This document shows, piece by piece, positions 59,033 through 64,000 of a stretch of 64,000 bases of DNA. Each line of letters begins with the position of its first letter. The stretch's first letter is position 1. The position numbers and the translations under genes were made by a program. Under the pieces are notes generated by a model. The model saw nothing but the letters and a program-made list of their open reading frames with translations. It was not told the origin of the DNA and made no database searches. This DNA is from an uncultured Parachlamydiaceae bacterium (GTDB lineage Bacteria > Chlamydiota > Chlamydiia > Chlamydiales > Parachlamydiaceae): contig CAVVXH010000010.1 of assembly GCA_963752155.1 (NCBI GenBank), positions 64,001-128,000 of the forward strand, read 5' to 3'.

Positions 59033-59860
59033 ATGAGGTCAATTTGCGATTCAGTTTCATATGTCTCTAGGCACTACAAACATGCTATTGCCAAATTGAC
59101 CGATCCGTTAAAAAAATTTATGCAAATCAACGCGTTTTGGCAATATTCAATTACTAAAGATGGGCATTTTTCTATTATTAGTAATCAGCCAGAGATGGTG
59201 GAATTTTTTTGGGATCAGAAACTTTATTTAGGACATCCTCTTTTACGAAAGTCTGGTTTTTATCCTAATGGATATTATTTTCCTCATTTAAAACCCACTC
59301 CAGAATATCAGCGCACTCAAGGCAAGATGCGAGAAAAACAATTTTTGGATCAACTGGTTATTATTTTTCGCCAAGGTAAAAGTGAATTATCTGCTTATTG
59401 TTTTGCCCCTACATTAGAAGTTGATGTAACAAATGAACTGATCAATAATTTGCATTTATTAAATCGCTATGTAGATTATTTTGATAAAGAAGCAGCTGGA
59501 ATGGCAAAGAAATCTCTAGAGTTCTCTGTTGATCTTGGAGTTATAGCAAAAGAATATTTCAATAAGTCCCCGGAGATTGCAGATCAAATGCTATTTCAAC
59601 GTGATGAAAGCAAATTTCTACTTTCCCTTGAAACAGATCCTCAAAAAGCTAAAATGATTAGTTCATTAACTGAACGGGAAAAATCATGTATATACTGGCT
59701 TTTAAAAGGAAGATCTGCCAGTGAAACAGCGAAAAAGCTTTTTCTTTCGCCTCGAACAGTCGAATCTTATCTTGAAAACATCAAAAATAAATGTGGTATC
59801 AGCAAGAAGTCTGATCTTTTTGATTATTTTGTTGATTATATCTTCCACTTTAAGTCATGA
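59033..59860 (+). CDS. LuxR-family transcriptional regulator
   Basis: C-terminal LTEREKSCIYWLLKGRSASETAKKLFLSPRTVESYLENIKNK. Confidence 0.9.
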   Translation: MRSICDSVSYVSRHYKHAIAKLTDPLKKFMQINAFWQYSITKDGHFSIISNQPEMVEFFWDQKLYLGHPLLRKSGFYPNGYYFPHLKPTPEYQRTQGKMREKQFLDQLVIIFRQGKSELSAYCFAPTLEVDVTNELINNLHLLNRYVDYFDKEAAGMAKKSLEFSVDLGVIAKEYFNKSPEIADQMLFQRDESKFLLSLETDPQKAKMISSLTEREKSCIYWLLKGRSASETAKKLFLSPRTVESYLENIKNKCGISKKSDLFDYFVDYIFHFKS

Positions 59861-59866
59861 AATTTT

Positions 59867-59881
59867 CCGTATTATCTACGG
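59867..59881 (+). promoter_or_regulatory. Palindromic operator CCGTA-N5-TACGG (copy 2)
   Basis: ttccgtattatctacggt, with TATTAT at 59906. Confidence 0.65.
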
Positions 59882-59975
59882 TAAAAATGAATAACTATTT
59901 TGATTTATTATTACATATATAACTTCTTACTCAATTGTGAGTAAATTAGTCAACAGAAAAAATGATGAGGTAAAT

Positions 59976-60851
59976 ATGAATAATTTGGAATTAGTAAGAC
60001 ATGATTGTTCTCAACAACATCTTGAGTCAATTTCTCAAGAAGAGTTAATAAATGAGGAGGATATATTACGTAATAAATTGATGAAAGCTGCACGACAAGG
60101 GTTCTTCTATTTGAAAATGCCAGAAGATTGTGCGGAATTAATTCCGGCAGCGATGGAATTTGGAAATAAATTTTATCTAAGTCAAGCGATTATCAATCGT
60201 CCACATATCGGCTGGACGGGTTACAATAAAAATGAAAATCAACAAAGAGAAGCTCTTTTTGTAGAGGAATCTGAGTGGAAAAATTGGTATCCAAACGAAG
60301 TCGCCACTCTTGCAATAAGAATGCAGTCCGTTGCATTAATAGTCTTGAAAAATCTTTTAGTTGCTTTAGAAATTCCTGAAGAGAAATGGAGTGTTGCAAC
60401 AGGAGAAGCAATCAATGACAAGGGACTTCGCCATTTTTCATTTAATCATTATCGTTCGACTGAGGATAAAATTGGCTGTCTTCCTCACCGTGATTTTGGT
60501 TTATTAACATTTTTGTATTTTGAAAAGGGGGGGCTTGAAGCTATTATTGATGGAGAATGGGCGCCAGTCTCTCCTAAAAAGGGGTACTTTGTCATTAACA
60601 TCTCTAAAGCTTTGGAGGTGTTTGTCAATAACAAAGAAAAGGTGAATGCTGCTTGGCATCGAGTTGTTAAAGTAAATGAAGACCGCATTTCCTTCGGCCT
60701 TTTTTCTGATGGTGGATTGATGAGTCCAGTTTATAAGCAAGAGAAAGATGGATCTCTTTCTATTGTCTCTCAAACGTATAAAGAGTTTGCAGAAGATAGC
60801 TTCAAAGATTTATTTACTGAGAGTGAACTTGTGTATGCTGAGAAAGCTTAG
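59976..60851 (+). CDS. 2-oxoglutarate/Fe(II)-dependent dioxygenase (IPNS/DIOX-like)
   Basis: QGFFYL, HRDFGLLTFL (HxD), GLE, AAWHRV and RIS. Confidence 0.9.
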   Translation: MNNLELVRHDCSQQHLESISQEELINEEDILRNKLMKAARQGFFYLKMPEDCAELIPAAMEFGNKFYLSQAIINRPHIGWTGYNKNENQQREALFVEESEWKNWYPNEVATLAIRMQSVALIVLKNLLVALEIPEEKWSVATGEAINDKGLRHFSFNHYRSTEDKIGCLPHRDFGLLTFLYFEKGGLEAIIDGEWAPVSPKKGYFVINISKALEVFVNNKEKVNAAWHRVVKVNEDRISFGLFSDGGLMSPVYKQEKDGSLSIVSQTYKEFAEDSFKDLFTESELVYAEKA

Positions 60852-60874
60852 GCTAAAGATTGCGTTCTGGGAAT

Positions 60875-61133
60875 AGTCCCGGAGGGCCGACATACAATAG
60901 CCCAGTCTGAGCACAGTCCCGGAGGGCCGACACTACGTGAGAACGTTGAAACTTTAATTTACATTTGATTTTCGATTCATGATAAAATTTTATCTAGTAA
61001 ATTCCAAAGAGTAACGTTCTCACGTAGGGTCGGCCCTCCGGGACTTTCTCGGTGGGGTGACATTACCCAGCCTTCGCTTAGCCCTCCGGGACTGCGCTCA
61101 GACTGGGCTATTGTATATCGGCCCTCCGGGACT
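60875..61133. repeat. Cluster of REP-like gtcccggagggc / gccctccgggac units in inverted arrangement
   Basis: Two forward and three reverse units, with long complementary arms, between convergent genes. Confidence 0.85.
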
Positions 61134-61211
61134 TGTTTTACTAAAATAGGTCATCATTCCATCTTTCTGATCAAAAAAAAGATTTTCATTAATAACAATT
61201 GCCCCACAGTT

Positions 61212-62261
61212 TTACTGATAAAGATAAAGGTATTGATTTGCCAATCTAGGATCTAGCACCCCTGGTAATTCGACTTTGAGATGAACAGTTCCAGATAAGA
61301 GATCTAAAGAGGTTTGAGAATTAAAGAGAGATTCAAGCCAGTTTTGATCGTTGAATTTGACGACTTGATATTCATTTTTTTCAATACCAATTTCTTTTGC
61401 AAGCATTTTGAGTGTTTCGCTGTAGCTATAGTTATTCTCGTCGATAAAGCCGATCTCTTTGGCTTTTTCTGCACTAAACATGCGAGCTCCGTAATCTTCA
61501 ACAAGCAATTGTTTATCGATTCCTTTTCGGCTTGTCGTCACGATATTCACAAAGATAGTATAAAAGTAATCAATGAGTTGCTTGTAATTTTCACCTTCAT
61601 TTTTATCCCATGGTCGAAAAGGATTAAGCTCGTCCTTCCCTTTTCCGGCACTTAGGGTTAGGGATTCAACCCCAGCCTTGTTCATCAAAGTTGTGAAGTT
61701 AAATGCAGGAGGAGTCACAACGCCGACACTACCCACTAAACTTGCGTCAGTTGCATAGATTTTATCTGCAGCGCAGGCGATATACATCCCACCTGAAGCA
61801 CATAATCCGTCAATGTGTGCGTAGATAGGAACGTTATAACGTTCTTTGTAAGCTTTAAGAGCTCGATAAATACTATCGGAGTCTGTTACAGTACCTCCTG
61901 GGGAATTGATCGATAAAAGTATTCCTTTAACTCGGTCGTCAGCAAAAGGAGCTTCTCTGGACTCAATGAGTTGTTGTATGATTTGCGAGCGATTTAATTT
62001 TTCAAGCCCGATGACCCCTTCGATGTTAATCTTAAGTATTACCGGGGAAGTTCTTGATAAGGTTTTCCTCACCCCTTGCGCATTGGGCTGAATCTCAGCT
62101 GTCAATGTACGTTTGACTTCTGGAAGCCCCGAAGCCTCTTTATCAAAAAAATATGACATGGTCAATGAGACAATTAGAAGGCCAATTAAGGCTCCAACGA
62201 CGGTTGCCAAAACCATTAAAAAGCGTCGCAATGTGGCTTTGAAAATTGATTCATTCATCAT
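61212..62261 (-). CDS. S49 family peptidase (SppA/SohB-like)
   Basis: INSPGG, CASGGMYIACAAD, VGSVGV and GKGKD. Confidence 0.92.
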   Translation of the reverse strand: MMNESIFKATLRRFLMVLATVVGALIGLLIVSLTMSYFFDKEASGLPEVKRTLTAEIQPNAQGVRKTLSRTSPVILKINIEGVIGLEKLNRSQIIQQLIESREAPFADDRVKGILLSINSPGGTVTDSDSIYRALKAYKERYNVPIYAHIDGLCASGGMYIACAADKIYATDASLVGSVGVVTPPAFNFTTLMNKAGVESLTLSAGKGKDELNPFRPWDKNEGENYKQLIDYFYTIFVNIVTTSRKGIDKQLLVEDYGARMFSAEKAKEIGFIDENNYSYSETLKMLAKEIGIEKNEYQVVKFNDQNWLESLFNSQTSLDLLSGTVHLKVELPGVLDPRLANQYLYLYQ

Positions 62262-62274
62262 TTAATTCCTGATT

Positions 62275-63573
62275 TTATAAAATTGTGGCGGCGAGTGCAG
62301 CTAATTCAGATCGCTCTGTTTTATCGAGGAAAATGTTTCCATAGATATTTTGATTTGAAAAGCGCGCGATCGCGTACGTTAATCCATTTGAATCTTTGTC
62401 TAGATAAGGATTGTCAATCTGAGTGGGATCTCCGGTAAGGATGACCTTGGTTCCTTCTCCAGCTCGGGAAATGATGGTTTTAACTTCGTGCGGAGTCAGG
62501 TTTTGAGCTTCATCGACAATGATAAACATTTTGGGAAGAGAACGTCCTCGAATATATGTGACAGCTTCCATTTCAATTTTTTTACTCTCTATCACCCATT
62601 TGAGGGTTTCGCTGGACTCTCGTCCGGAGGAATCGCATAAGTATTCAAGATTGTCAAAAATGGGTTGCATCCAATTGAAAAGCTTTTCTTCTTTAGTACC
62701 TGGTAAATAGCCAATATCCCTCCCAAGAGGAACCACGGGCCGGCTGACAAGAATGCGGTTGTAAAGACCTTCGTCGAAAACTTTTCTCATGCCGCAGGCT
62801 AAGGCTAAGAGCGTTTTACCTGTTCCAGCTTGACCCATCAGTGTGACAAGTTTTATATCATCCCGCAATAATAAGTCTACAGCGCATTTTTGCTCTAAAT
62901 TGCGCGGTTTGATCCCCCAGAGGTTGTTGTATTTTAATAGAGGGTTAAGTGTTTGAGTGTGTGGATTCCATTTTCCGACCGCAGAAGAATGTTCTGGAGA
63001 AGTCAATATGCAATATTCGTTGGGATTGAACACAACTTCTTCGTTGAGTGAAAGAGATCCATCCTTATAGAAGAGGTCAATGTCGTGTTTCGGGATTTCG
63101 AGGTGCCTAATCCCACGATAAAGAGAGTCATAGTCATACTTAAGGTTTTTATACTCTTGGGCTTCAAGGCCTATAGCTTCGGCTTTCAACCGTGCAGCAA
63201 AATCATTTGAGACGAAAATGACTTCTTCTCCTTTTTCTTTTAATAAAAGGGCCGCCATGATGATCCGGTTGTCATGAATTCCTAATTCTAAGTAAAAGGG
63301 GATATCCCGCTTTATATCAAGTTGGATGCGAACAACACTTTCGTTGTCTAAGATGACACCTTTATGAAAATTTCCTTTCCCTAAATCAGCTAAGGAGTTC
63401 AAGAAACGAAAAACTGCTCTGGAATTTTTTCCTAAATCATTTGGAAGCCGTTTCATCTTATCAAGCTCTTCGAGAACCGTTACGGGGATAATCACATTGT
63501 GACGGGGAAACTTTAAGATTGCTTCAGGATCATGCAAAAGAACGTTTGTGTCTATGACGAAATTTTTGGTCAT
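62275..63573 (-). CDS. PIN-domain PhoH-family ATPase
   Basis: FVIDTNVLLHDP, GQAGTGKT, GYLPG, IRGRS, DEAQN and GDPTQID. Confidence 0.95.
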   Translation of the reverse strand: MTKNFVIDTNVLLHDPEAILKFPRHNVIIPVTVLEELDKMKRLPNDLGKNSRAVFRFLNSLADLGKGNFHKGVILDNESVVRIQLDIKRDIPFYLELGIHDNRIIMAALLLKEKGEEVIFVSNDFAARLKAEAIGLEAQEYKNLKYDYDSLYRGIRHLEIPKHDIDLFYKDGSLSLNEEVVFNPNEYCILTSPEHSSAVGKWNPHTQTLNPLLKYNNLWGIKPRNLEQKCAVDLLLRDDIKLVTLMGQAGTGKTLLALACGMRKVFDEGLYNRILVSRPVVPLGRDIGYLPGTKEEKLFNWMQPIFDNLEYLCDSSGRESSETLKWVIESKKIEMEAVTYIRGRSLPKMFIIVDEAQNLTPHEVKTIISRAGEGTKVILTGDPTQIDNPYLDKDSNGLTYAIARFSNQNIYGNIFLDKTERSELAALAATIL

Positions 63574-63681
63574 AAAATGCCTTATGGTGCCAATTAATAA
63601 AAAAGATGCTAAAATTAGAGCTTATAGAGAAATGGGAATATGGAGCAAGCAAAAGCAACAATTTCCGGCAATTCCCGCTAA

Positions 63682-63755
63682 TTTTCGTGCCCGTGCCCGA
63701 AAATTAGTAAAATCTACGAAATTTTTCGGCCACGGGCATGCACGCGGGTACGAAA
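63682..63755. repeat. Short GC-rich palindromic element (gtgcccgtgcccg / cacgggca type)
   Basis: tttcgtgcccgtgcccgaaaatt ... aatttttcggccacgggcatgcacgcgggtacgaaa. Confidence 0.6.
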
Positions 63756-64000
63756 GTTTATCGAGAATTGCCATCCGTATGCCCAGCTTGTTGCTTATTT
63801 AGTGTATCTTCTCTACAATAAGTCTTAAGATTATAATCTAAAGACCACTAAATCCGTCATAAGGACTCTAGAAAACAATGCAAGCAACAGAATACCCATT
63901 CATAAAAGTGTTGTCGAAGACTAAACTAAAACCTAGTGGTTTAGATCAATACTATGGAGAATTGACCTCTTTAGGAGATCGGGTATATGAGATTCTCGAT

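Overview
AT-rich bacterial chromosome segment, most likely from an environmental chlamydia (Parachlamydiales-like). This is inferred from the mraY-murD-LysM, lgt-pgi, polA-coaE-rho and PIN-PhoH/S49 gene blocks, eukaryote-like F-box/ankyrin/SET proteins and a chlamydial-type tmRNA 3' end. Housekeeping genes (aroB, photolyase, rluA-family, pdxS/T, metK, xerC, mraY, murD, pgi, lgt, tRNA-Pro, rho, coaE, polA) alternate with accessory material: two RelE-type toxin-antitoxin pairs, four AAA-ATPase/PD-(D/E)XK genes, putative host effectors, a giant Ser/Thr kinase-AAA-GAF-cyclase, small regulator/transporter islets and at least eight kinds of palindromic intergenic element. The most striking item is a tandem pair of secreted paralogues (12.4-14.3 kb) that the ORF track splits into pieces. 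Each has an expanded Cys-Gly repeat tract fused to a conserved bufferin(BufA2)-like Cx5Cx5Cx6Cx5C domain, with no modifying enzyme visible in the window. Other notable items are an orphan tmRNA 3' att-like fragment, an AAA-nuclease gene flanked by a duplicated promoter-like repeat upstream of polA, a LuxR module with two matching operators, a plant-type double Ddl and a Met/His-rich secreted protein. Frameshifts cluster at 11-18.4 kb and in polA and are probably largely sequencing errors.
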